DNA from: Verrucomicrobiota bacterium
GTDB taxonomy: Bacteria > Verrucomicrobiota > Verrucomicrobiia > Limisphaerales > AAA164-E04
Direction of reading: 5' to 3'
Length of the DNA: 64,000 nt
NCBI GenBank assembly: GCA_047947115.1
Contig: CP170459.1
Span: forward strand, 3,360,001-3,424,000
Below are positions 42,528 through 51,097 of the stretch, in pieces (positions within the stretch are counted from its first letter, which is position 1; every line of letters begins with the position of its first letter). The position numbers were made by a program, and so were the translations under genes. Below the pieces are notes generated by a model that was not told the origin of the DNA, made no database searches, and saw only the letters and a list, made by a program, of their open reading frames with translations.

Positions 42528-42809
42528 GATGTTTTCTTTGTTACAATAAATCAGGGCACCGTTAACGCATGCCCTTCTTGGTTTACTGGAATGAACCGAC
42601 CCTACGCCGAACAATCCGCAATGTAAAACCTAAAACCGCTTTTGAGTTTGGAATCATGATATGGATTGGTGGCAGTTACTGTGGTCATGCCCGGTTCATT
42701 CTTGCTTCCTCATCACTTCAAGTGGCAATACCCTGGCAAACTCAAACCCGCGCTGTCATTCGCCATTCTAAATTCCATTCCTTTGTTGTATTTCGGTGGG
42801 TGAGTCTTT

Positions 42810-44075
42810 ATGGTCGGCCGCGTATCCATGATGAATACATTCAAAGCAATGATATGCCGTTCTTTCACGGGCTGTTCGCTTGGTGTGGGGATTATTTTGG
42901 GGGTGTTGCTGAGTGCGTCGCAGGCGTGCGGCGCATCTCGCAAAATAGAGATGGGCGTGATTCCCGGCGGTTTGAAATACAACATCACCGAGTTTCAGGT
43001 GAGTGCCGGTGAATCGGTTGAGTTTGTTTTCAATAACAACGGTTTGATCCCGCATAACTGGTTGCTGACTCGCCCGGGTAAGCTGGATGACGTCATCGCG
43101 GAAGCAATGGCTCTTGGTGTCGATGGTTTGGCCAAGGATTTCATTCCGGATTCATCGGACATCCTACATTCCGTAGCCCTGGTTCAGCCCGGCAAATCCG
43201 TCATACTTCAGTTCACTGCTCCGGACGCCGTGGGGGATTATCCATATGTTTGCACTTTTCCGGGACACTTTAATCTGATGCGCGGTGTCATGAAGGTTGT
43301 GGGCAAGGAAACCGAAGTGTTGGCGCCTTCCATCACGGAAGGGGTGAGCCACCAGATTTTCAATGCCCTCGGCCGATCCGGTGTTGATCCGTTTCCAAAA
43401 GGAACAAAGGAAAAACCATATGTGATCCGGACCTTCATGCCTGAACCAAATCTGGATCCTGCCATTTTTACTCGACATCAACGCGGCTACGCTGCAGCCA
43501 ATTATAGTCCCGCAACCGGGACCGATGTGCCAGGGATCGCCCGCACGGACCAAGGATTGCCCGCGGCTATGGGTGTGAACTTTGGTGATGAACTTTCGTA
43601 TTGCTGGGACACGGTGGAATGCCGCTTGATGTATGTGTGGACGGGTGATTTTCTCGACATGAGCGTTTACTGGGGAGGTGGAGCAGGGGGAGGTCGCAAG
43701 GGATTTGATTATGTTCCCCGTATCATGGGAAACCTTCGTTTTAAAACTCAGGGTGAGCATCCCATCAATGCCAAATTTAATCCGGCTCAACCCGTTCCAT
43801 CACCTCGTTTTCGCGGGTATCGCGTGGTCGATGGGTATCCTGAGTTTCATTATACTGTCGATGGTTTATCGGTTCGTGAACGGATTTCGCCCGGGGATCG
43901 GCGCTCGTTTCGAGTCGATCTTTCCATCTCTTCCGACAATGCTTCGTCCATTCGACTGGCTTTTGATACAGCCATTCGACCCAGTTTGCAGGCTTCCCAT
44001 GGTATTTGGGAAGGTGACGAACTCGTATTGACTCCGGACGAAGCGGTTCAATTCAATCTGGTTCAACGGTTTTAA
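42810..44075 (+). CDS. Secreted azurin/auracyanin-type blue copper protein fused to an uncharacterised beta domain
   Basis: Signal peptide; type-1 Cu ligands PHNW...YVCTFPGHFNLM. Confidence 0.8.
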   Translation: MVGRVSMMNTFKAMICRSFTGCSLGVGIILGVLLSASQACGASRKIEMGVIPGGLKYNITEFQVSAGESVEFVFNNNGLIPHNWLLTRPGKLDDVIAEAMALGVDGLAKDFIPDSSDILHSVALVQPGKSVILQFTAPDAVGDYPYVCTFPGHFNLMRGVMKVVGKETEVLAPSITEGVSHQIFNALGRSGVDPFPKGTKEKPYVIRTFMPEPNLDPAIFTRHQRGYAAANYSPATGTDVPGIARTDQGLPAAMGVNFGDELSYCWDTVECRLMYVWTGDFLDMSVYWGGGAGGGRKGFDYVPRIMGNLRFKTQGEHPINAKFNPAQPVPSPRFRGYRVVDGYPEFHYTVDGLSVRERISPGDRRSFRVDLSISSDNASSIRLAFDTAIRPSLQASHGIWEGDELVLTPDEAVQFNLVQRF

Positions 44076-44086
44076 AAACTCGTGAA

Positions 44087-45628
44087 GTGCCCTGTTTCAA
44101 GACAATGAATATTTTCAATCAGAATAGAACTCGCTCGATTTTTCTGGCCTGTCTCTACCTTTTTGGCAGTTTCGGCCATTACCCGGGGCATGCTGTGGAA
44201 ATGCCTGGTGAGTATTATGAAGTGCAAGAAGTGCTGCTTCCTGTGGGAGTGTCTCCTGAAATAGGAGGACTGGCATTCAACTCCAGGGGGGAGCTGGTGG
44301 TGCTGACGCGACGTTCCGGCATTCTCATCGGGAAGCCTCATGTGGATCCTGCTCAATTCGAATGGCGCACTTTCAGCGAGCACAGTATGCACAACCCGAT
44401 GGGGCTGTTGTTAGAATCCGATCATCAATTGCTCATTCCTCAGATGGCAGAGCTAACGCGTGTCAGCGACTCTGATGGAGATGGAGAAGCGGATGAGTAT
44501 GAAGCGGTCAGTACGGCATGGGGGGTCAGTGGAAATTATCACGAAACCAACGCCGGTCCTGTGCCGGATGGTCGCGGGAATTGGTTTGTTGCCATCGGAA
44601 CGGCCTCACACAACGGTCCCACATTTGATTATGTCCGTGGTGAATTTTCCAGGATTGGACGTCGGGGTCGAAATTACTCGGCGGTCAGTTACAAGGGGTG
44701 GGTGGTGAAAATCACTCCGAATGGTGACCTTATCCCATGGGCAAGTGGATTTCGAGCGAACAATGGGATTGCCATGAGTCCCTCCGGAGATCTCTGGGTG
44801 ACCGACAACCAGGGAGATTGGCGAGGAACCTCGCCTCTATACCATGTTCAGAAAGGTCATTTCTACGGGCATCCTTCGAGTCTGGTGTGGGACGATACAT
44901 TTTTTCCAAATAACGGAGATCCTTTGGAATTCGGTGTGGATCGCTTGAATGCGATGCGCACACCTGCGGCAGTGCAGTTGCCTCACGGCCTGGTATGCAA
45001 TTCTCCCGCCGAACCCGTGTTCGATACCACGGGCGGCAAGTTCGGTCCGTTTGCCGGTCAAATGTTCCTCGGCGACATTGCCGGGCGTCGCATCGTGCGG
45101 GTCATGTTGGAGAAAGTGGATGGAGTTTATCAGGGAGCCTGTGTTTTCCTGGTGGAACAGAGTGGGCTGCGGGGGGGGAACAACAGGTTTGCCTTCAGTC
45201 CTTCCGGGGACACTCTTTACGTCGGCCAGACCTATCGAGGATGGGGCGCCCCGGAGGAAGGTCTGCAGCGTATCGTCTGGAAAGGCGTGGTGCCGATGGA
45301 AATTCAAAAAATGAGCCTCACCCAAAGCGGATTCGATCTCACGTTCACCAAACCCCTCAGTCCGCAGGCCGCGACGGATGCTTCCCGCTTTAACGTGCAG
45401 AGCTACCGTTATGGCTATGGACATCAATACGGAAGTCCCCAGTTGTACAAGAAAGAGGAGGTGGTACAGGCGTTGTCCCTTTCGAAGGACGGGCGCTCCG
45501 TGTCCTTGCAATTGGATGGTGTGCAATCCGGCAGGATTTACCAGGTAGATTTGGGGAACATGTTTTCATCGGATGGGTTGCCTGTGATCAATACCATGAT
45601 CTGTTACACCGTCAACCGGCTGCGATGA
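44087..45628 (+). CDS. Secreted sorbosone/glucose-dehydrogenase-like beta-propeller protein
   Basis: Signal peptide; DSDGDGEADEY, WGVSGNYHE, GFRANNG, DNQGDW, GPFAGQMF. Confidence 0.7.
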   Translation: MPCFKTMNIFNQNRTRSIFLACLYLFGSFGHYPGHAVEMPGEYYEVQEVLLPVGVSPEIGGLAFNSRGELVVLTRRSGILIGKPHVDPAQFEWRTFSEHSMHNPMGLLLESDHQLLIPQMAELTRVSDSDGDGEADEYEAVSTAWGVSGNYHETNAGPVPDGRGNWFVAIGTASHNGPTFDYVRGEFSRIGRRGRNYSAVSYKGWVVKITPNGDLIPWASGFRANNGIAMSPSGDLWVTDNQGDWRGTSPLYHVQKGHFYGHPSSLVWDDTFFPNNGDPLEFGVDRLNAMRTPAAVQLPHGLVCNSPAEPVFDTTGGKFGPFAGQMFLGDIAGRRIVRVMLEKVDGVYQGACVFLVEQSGLRGGNNRFAFSPSGDTLYVGQTYRGWGAPEEGLQRIVWKGVVPMEIQKMSLTQSGFDLTFTKPLSPQAATDASRFNVQSYRYGYGHQYGSPQLYKKEEVVQALSLSKDGRSVSLQLDGVQSGRIYQVDLGNMFSSDGLPVINTMICYTVNRLR

Positions 45629-45662
45629 ATGAAATTCAATTTCACGATTACCTCTTAACGCT

Positions 45663-47102
45663 ATGAGTCAAAACACCTATCAGGATCCTCCAAAAGATTG
45701 GAAGGGCATTGCCAAACAACTGGGCCCCGGTCTGATTATATCAGCCAATATCGTTGGATCCGGAGAATTGATCGTGACCACCAAAGTGGGAGCGGATGTG
45801 GGGTTCATTCTGCTGTGGTTCATTATCCTGGGGTGCATGATCAAGGTGTTTCTTCAGGTGGAGCTCGGGCGTTACACTATCACGCATGGTAAAACCACCT
45901 TGCAAGCCATGGACGCCGTGCCGGGGCCCCGCTTTGCATTTATCTGGCGGTTTTTGAATCTCAGAGCGGAGGGGTCCTGGTTGGTTTGGTGTTGGATTAT
46001 CATGTTCATCGCCACGTTTTTCCAGGTTTCGGGAATGGTTGGTGGCATCGCAGGAGTATTTGAGACGGGGGTGCCTTCTCTATCGAATCCGCCCGGATGG
46101 TACGCCGCCGGTAAATCGGGACTTACAGCCGCTGAACAAGCTTCCTCCTGGCAGGGGTTGCTGAATATGGGTTGGGCATTGGTCATTACGGGGTCTTGCG
46201 CGGTACTGCTGCTGTTGGGGCGATACAAATTCATTGAACGCTTTTCCACCACCATGGTGGCGGGATTTACCCTGTTTACCATTTTCGCCGTGTTTTCGCT
46301 GTATACCACTGAATACGGCATCACGGCCGGACAGATCGCCCAGGGATTACAGTTCAAGCTGCCTGAGAATTTCATGACTGCGTTTGCCGCGTTTGGAGTG
46401 ATTGGTGTTGGTGCGGCGGAACTGATCTATTACCCCTACTGGTGTCTCGAAAAAGGATATGCCAGACATGTTGGCCCCAAAGACGATTCCCCCGAATGGG
46501 AAACCCGTGCGCGGGGCTGGATGCGAGTTTTACGCTGGGATGCCTGGGTTTCCATGGTGATCTATACCGGGGCAACCGTCGCATTTTATCTGCTCGGGGC
46601 TGCCGTCCTGAATGGCAAAGGTCTTGAAGTGACCAATGATGCCCTCATTCCGACCTTGTCCAATCTTTACCGTGAATCCTTTGGTGTCATGGGTTTGTGG
46701 ATTTTCCTCATCGGTGCTTTGGTCGTCCTTTATTCCACTGTCTTTATCTCCACCGCGTCAAATGCCCGTCTGTCTGCAGATCTATGGATGTTGTTCACCC
46801 GTAAAGACAAAGCGGAAGGAGTTGATCGGGCTTCTCTAATTAAGAGGGCATGCGTCCTGATTCCGGGACTCTACTTTGTTTTTTACGTATCCGTTGGAAA
46901 ACCGCTGACCCTGGTCTTTATCGGAGCTTTGGCGCAGGCTTTGATGCTTCCGTTTCTCTGTTTTGCGGCTCTTTACTTCCACTACTTTCAGACACACCGT
47001 GCATTGCTTCCAGGTAAGCCATGGCTGATTTTATTGTGGGTTTCCAGTATTCTGATGACGTCAGTGGGCTTTTATCAGTTGTTCAGCCAGTTGACCAAAT
47101 AG
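45663..47102 (+). CDS. Nramp-related (APC superfamily) transporter
   Basis: LGPGLIISANIVGSGELI TM1 motif, about 11 TM helices; lacks the canonical DPGN metal site. Confidence 0.75.
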   Translation: MSQNTYQDPPKDWKGIAKQLGPGLIISANIVGSGELIVTTKVGADVGFILLWFIILGCMIKVFLQVELGRYTITHGKTTLQAMDAVPGPRFAFIWRFLNLRAEGSWLVWCWIIMFIATFFQVSGMVGGIAGVFETGVPSLSNPPGWYAAGKSGLTAAEQASSWQGLLNMGWALVITGSCAVLLLLGRYKFIERFSTTMVAGFTLFTIFAVFSLYTTEYGITAGQIAQGLQFKLPENFMTAFAAFGVIGVGAAELIYYPYWCLEKGYARHVGPKDDSPEWETRARGWMRVLRWDAWVSMVIYTGATVAFYLLGAAVLNGKGLEVTNDALIPTLSNLYRESFGVMGLWIFLIGALVVLYSTVFISTASNARLSADLWMLFTRKDKAEGVDRASLIKRACVLIPGLYFVFYVSVGKPLTLVFIGALAQALMLPFLCFAALYFHYFQTHRALLPGKPWLILLWVSSILMTSVGFYQLFSQLTK

Positions 47103-47134
47103 ACATATCTACGAAGGGGTGGGAGATTGCTCTG

Positions 47135-47884
47135 ATGGCCGCCAAAGTGACATCCCTGTTCGGTGACGATCTCGAAGACCATTTTTACACATGGTTGGTG
47201 GACAGCCGATACGAAGATCCCCGCAAGGTTTTTTCATTGCACGGTGGTGTGCTGAAAATTTCAGGAGATGGATTGGGGTATTTGGCCACCCACCAGGCCT
47301 ACGAAAATTATCACATCAGCCTTCAATTCAAGTGGGGTGAACGAAACTGGCATTGGGGTGACCGCATCGGTAAGGCACGGGATTCCGGATTATTCCTCCA
47401 TGCCACCGGGCCGGACGGGAACAGTCATGACGGAAACGGCGCTTTTATGTCAGCCATAGAATGCAACATCTTCGAAGGTGCCGTGGGGGATTTTCTCCTG
47501 ATAAGAGGAGATGATGCCGAGGGCAAGCTCATTGCCCCTCGCTTAGAAACGCAAATCACTGATCATCTTGATGAGGATGGGTGGCCGACATTTGACACGG
47601 GAGGCACATCGAAATCCCTTGAACGGTGGGGGCGGGTCAATCATCGGTTCAAATCAGCATCGTGGAAAGATGTTACCGGATTCAGCGGGCCTGGGGAGCT
47701 TGTGGTTCCAGGGGCGTGGAACCATTTGGAATGCCGTTGCATGGGGGATCAGATACTTGTTTTTGTCAATCGTACTCTGGTCAATAAGGCTCGAAACGTC
47801 TGGCCGAATCGAGGGCGGGTTCTTCTCCAGTGCGAAGGTTCAGAGATATTTTTTCGCAGAATGGAAATCCGCCAATTGTTGTGA
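47135..47884 (+). CDS. DUF1080 (3-keto-disaccharide hydrolase-like) protein
   Basis: YENYHISLQFKWG, RDSGLFLH, IECNI, WNHLE, LQCEGSEIFFR; SD GGGAG before ATG 47135. Confidence 0.85.
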   Translation: MAAKVTSLFGDDLEDHFYTWLVDSRYEDPRKVFSLHGGVLKISGDGLGYLATHQAYENYHISLQFKWGERNWHWGDRIGKARDSGLFLHATGPDGNSHDGNGAFMSAIECNIFEGAVGDFLLIRGDDAEGKLIAPRLETQITDHLDEDGWPTFDTGGTSKSLERWGRVNHRFKSASWKDVTGFSGPGELVVPGAWNHLECRCMGDQILVFVNRTLVNKARNVWPNRGRVLLQCEGSEIFFRRMEIRQLL

Positions 47885-48268
47885 AAACCGGTCACCCTCC
47901 GATGTGCACTTCGTGTTCTGAAGGAATCTGATTCTCTTTCCGTATTTTTTCCAATGTTCCATGCAGGCGTTTGAATGTCCACGTGCCGTGGGGGTTGGGG
48001 CGGTAAGGAGGGTTGGGGGAGTTGGCCTGCTGTTTTGAGTGTGTGTTTATTATGCGGTATGTGAGGGGGTATAAAAAATTTCTTCTTAAAATGTGGAAAA
48101 AACGTCAAGGATATCTAGTATGCGACAACTATATCTATAATACGACATAGAAATGACATTTAATAAAGATTTAGTAAAGATGAATGAATAATGATGAGTC
48201 AAATCTATATTAAAATTGTTTTTTGTTTGAAACATTTCATGAGGTATGCTTGATTCTATGATGTTCTT

Positions 48269-48934
48269 ATGAGCAAAAAAGCTTCCTTATCAAGCTACAT
48301 TCCCTCCTCGCTTGATGGAACGACAGAAGTGATCGAACCGCTGCGTTCTGCTGAACAGAACAAGCTGGTGGACTGCGAACAGACCATCCGACGAGGCATC
48401 AAGGCATTCTTTGAAGTGGGGAAAGCGTTGGCAATTATCAAAACAGAAAGACTATATAGATGCGAATACCAGACTTTTGATCAGTATTGCGAAGAGAAAT
48501 GGGATTTCAGCCGGATACGGGCGTATCAGTTGATCAATGCAACGGCATGCATGGAAATGTTAACAAATGTTAACATCCCGCTTCCGCAGAACGAGGCGCA
48601 GGTAAGGCCTTTATTGAATATTCCTGAGAATGAAATCGCGGAGACCTGGCGGATGTTTGTTGAAGAAAAGGGGGAGCGTCCATTCACGGCGCGTGATGTT
48701 CGAGATTTTGTGGATCGAAAACTTGGAAAGGCAGTCGGGCCAGTTGCGTCTCGATCTTCTGGGAAAGTCAGTCAACGAAATGAATCTTTGAGCATGACTT
48801 TTGAATTGTCCACATTGGTAAAGGAAATTGCCCGAAAGACGGATCGCTATGGGAGTGATGATGAACTGCGGACCTTGGTGGTCAAACTAAAAGACTGTGT
48901 GGATAGGATACAGGACCGGTGTTTGCGGCAATAA
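48269..48934 (+). CDS. Phage/plasmid-type helix-turn-helix DNA-binding protein (DUF3102/KorB-like), function unknown
   Basis: EQTIRRG..AFFEVGKALAIIK..RLYR.EYQTFDQYCEEKWDFSRIRAYQLINA...PQNEAQVRPL, a pattern typical of mobile-element proteins. Confidence 0.55.
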   Translation: MSKKASLSSYIPSSLDGTTEVIEPLRSAEQNKLVDCEQTIRRGIKAFFEVGKALAIIKTERLYRCEYQTFDQYCEEKWDFSRIRAYQLINATACMEMLTNVNIPLPQNEAQVRPLLNIPENEIAETWRMFVEEKGERPFTARDVRDFVDRKLGKAVGPVASRSSGKVSQRNESLSMTFELSTLVKEIARKTDRYGSDDELRTLVVKLKDCVDRIQDRCLRQ

Positions 48935-49099
48935 ACGTATCTCACTATAGATTCTTGTCGGTTTCATTTAGAAAAGTAACTATTCATTTGACATCTTTTT
49001 ACTTTGTTTTATACATATAGTATCGAATTAACGCATCTCGTGATGCGCCCTGCACCCAATTCGATATTTGTTTCAAAGATTAAAATATGAGAAAAGTGT

Positions 49100-49777
49100 A
49101 TGAAAGATTCTATGTTTCGGGTGCAGGTTTTGCTCAGGTTTGTTAAGAAAAATAACCCTTCTGTTGTTTTTATGTTCACTCTGGCCTTCGTTGGTGTCTT
49201 GTCGATGATGTCGGCTCACTCCATTCAGGCTTCGAGTTTTCCTTCCAACCCGTCCTCCGAGCAGGATTGTGACACGGTTCTCTCTGAAAACGCCGGAGCT
49301 CTTTATCATTGGTATACGTCTCGAGGAAATTGGATAGACCGAAAGTATGAATTTCTGACCGACGAGTGTTGGGAAGAGTATGAATATCAATCGGAAGATG
49401 CCAAATCGACGTATGACTCCGATTTGCAAGTTGCAACTGCTGGGCTCCTGGGTGCACTTGCTGGATGTGAACGTTTAGCGGCCGCTTGTTTTGCTGCTGC
49501 AGTGGTGGAGCCGGGCCCCGCCCTGGATGCCATGTGTGCCGGCAGGGTCGCCGCCTGCGTTTCCGTTGCCTGGGCAGCCTGGTATGTCGCCGCAGATATG
49601 GCTCTCGTCGAATTCAGAAATGCGATGGACACAGCCTATCGCACAAGGGATATCTGCACTGATAGAACAGATCTCTTGTTAAATTCAATGCGTGAAAGTC
49701 ATGATTCCGATTATTTCAACAGGTGGTCTCAATTACAGAATGAGTATCAGGCATGTGTTGCGAGAGTAATGGAATAA
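49100..49777 (+). CDS. Secreted 8-Cys helical-hairpin protein of unknown function
   Basis: Signal-peptide-like N-terminus ending ..SIQA; Cys at 57, 90, 123, 130, 146, 153, 186, 219; Ala-rich hydrophobic centre. Confidence 0.75.
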   Translation: MKDSMFRVQVLLRFVKKNNPSVVFMFTLAFVGVLSMMSAHSIQASSFPSNPSSEQDCDTVLSENAGALYHWYTSRGNWIDRKYEFLTDECWEEYEYQSEDAKSTYDSDLQVATAGLLGALAGCERLAAACFAAAVVEPGPALDAMCAGRVAACVSVAWAAWYVAADMALVEFRNAMDTAYRTRDICTDRTDLLLNSMRESHDSDYFNRWSQLQNEYQACVARVME

Positions 49778-49800
49778 TTTGAGGAGATACATCTATTATC

Positions 49801-50499
49801 ATGAAAAGGAAAACAGACATTAATTGGATGAACATCAGTTTAATTTTGATGTTATTCTCATATTTGTTCGTATCCCATAATCGATTGAGGAATTACGCAT
49901 TGAAGGCGGATGTCCTGAAGGAAGTCCATCAACTGATGATCAGTATGCGGGAAAACAACAGTAAAACCAGTGACCTGCTGCTGACATTACGCACAGATGT
50001 TGACTATTTGATCAAAGAGCATAGGGAAATCGTGACTCGTATCTCCAAGTTGGAGCAAAGTTCGGCCCCTACAGATGAAGATAAAGTCGCTGTATCGGAT
50101 CCCATACAATCAGGTTCCTCAAACGCGGTCACGGGCGAGGCTGATTCTGCCATTAGCTTGGAGGAGGTATTAGCTAACCCATTCGAGTTTTTGAACGATG
50201 AAGAAGTGGGGCTTATCATGGATCAAGCTGCTCAAGACGCCGGTGTGGATGTCGACTGGGATGAAATGCAGGATCGATTGCGTCGGTCTGATGAATTCGT
50301 TGCCCAAATAGACAGCGGGGAATTTGCCGATGTTGCCGGTATATTTTACCAGGCAAGGCAGCAATACTTGGGCATGTTGGATTCTATGTTGAATCAGGAT
50401 TCAACCTTTCAACAAATAATGCTTCCCGAGCTGGAGCATGCCCTTACGCAAGTAGCGGCTGTTCGAGTCATGGAGACAAACAAAAGGAACATGCCATGA
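49801..50499 (+). CDS. Membrane-anchored coiled-coil + acidic helical domain protein, unknown function
   Basis: SD GAGGAG; N-terminal TM (ISLILMLFSYLFV), heptad-like helix, S/A-rich linker, D/E-rich domain. Confidence 0.7.
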   Translation: MKRKTDINWMNISLILMLFSYLFVSHNRLRNYALKADVLKEVHQLMISMRENNSKTSDLLLTLRTDVDYLIKEHREIVTRISKLEQSSAPTDEDKVAVSDPIQSGSSNAVTGEADSAISLEEVLANPFEFLNDEEVGLIMDQAAQDAGVDVDWDEMQDRLRRSDEFVAQIDSGEFADVAGIFYQARQQYLGMLDSMLNQDSTFQQIMLPELEHALTQVAAVRVMETNKRNMP

Positions 50500-50834
50500 A
50501 ATATTTGCGAAGCATTTTGTTTTGTTGTTTGTGCCTTATGTTTGTCGCTTGCGGATCGAAGGATGATCCATTCGCTGCTCAGGATTCTGCCAAAGGTGCT
50601 CAATTACTGGCACAATATGAAAAAGGGAATCAGCGCGTCAAAGAGATGTCTGTTCCCGGTTACTGGCGTGACAAGGGGCCTCAGGTAGATCCGGTAGCCG
50701 AGATGACAAAAATTAATGATGAACTGAGTGCCACTTTGAAACAACTGACCCAATTGATTCAAAAACGTGAATTGTCCAAAAAGCAATTCGATACATTCAA
50801 GGAAATCACCGGAGTGAACGACATGACACAATAG
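50496..50834 (+). CDS. Small lipoprotein, unknown function
   Basis: MKYLRSILFCCLCLMFVA-C lipobox (Cys19); ATGA overlap with the upstream gene. Confidence 0.7.
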   Translation: MKYLRSILFCCLCLMFVACGSKDDPFAAQDSAKGAQLLAQYEKGNQRVKEMSVPGYWRDKGPQVDPVAEMTKINDELSATLKQLTQLIQKRELSKKQFDTFKEITGVNDMTQ

Positions 50835-51097
50835 TCAGTGATTCTCATCAGGTGATTGGACCCTGGCGCTTCCTTATACTCTTTTGGCAATCTTAGTGAT
50901 TGTCTCCAGATCTTCAGTGCTGAGGTGTTTTGAAGGTTTTGTCTGATTCCTTCAACACCGGATGTAATGAAGGACCTGATAACAGGGTCTGTCCGGCTTT
51001 GTCGGGCAGGCCCAAGTCAATGGAGTGACAGTAAATGGCAGTTTGATAATGCTCTTGTGTGCAAGTTGCCACGTCACCATTTTGGGAGCTTAGTAGA

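Noticed and set aside
41265..42626. 453-aa plus-strand ORF
   Set aside because: Antisense shadow of the well-supported Gfo/Idh/MocA gene with no recognisable motifs; the same applies to most short overlapping ORFs in the track.
48105..48140. NrdR-box-like pair (ATATCTA twice)
   Set aside because: Weak match in AT-rich DNA, 20-bp spacing, and no ribonucleotide reductase gene nearby.
48988..49021. Sigma-70 promoter for the Cys-hairpin operon (perfect TTGACA at 48988-48993)
   Set aside because: No good -10 hexamer at 16-18 bp spacing (TATACA, ATACAT or TACATA); plausible but not supportable.
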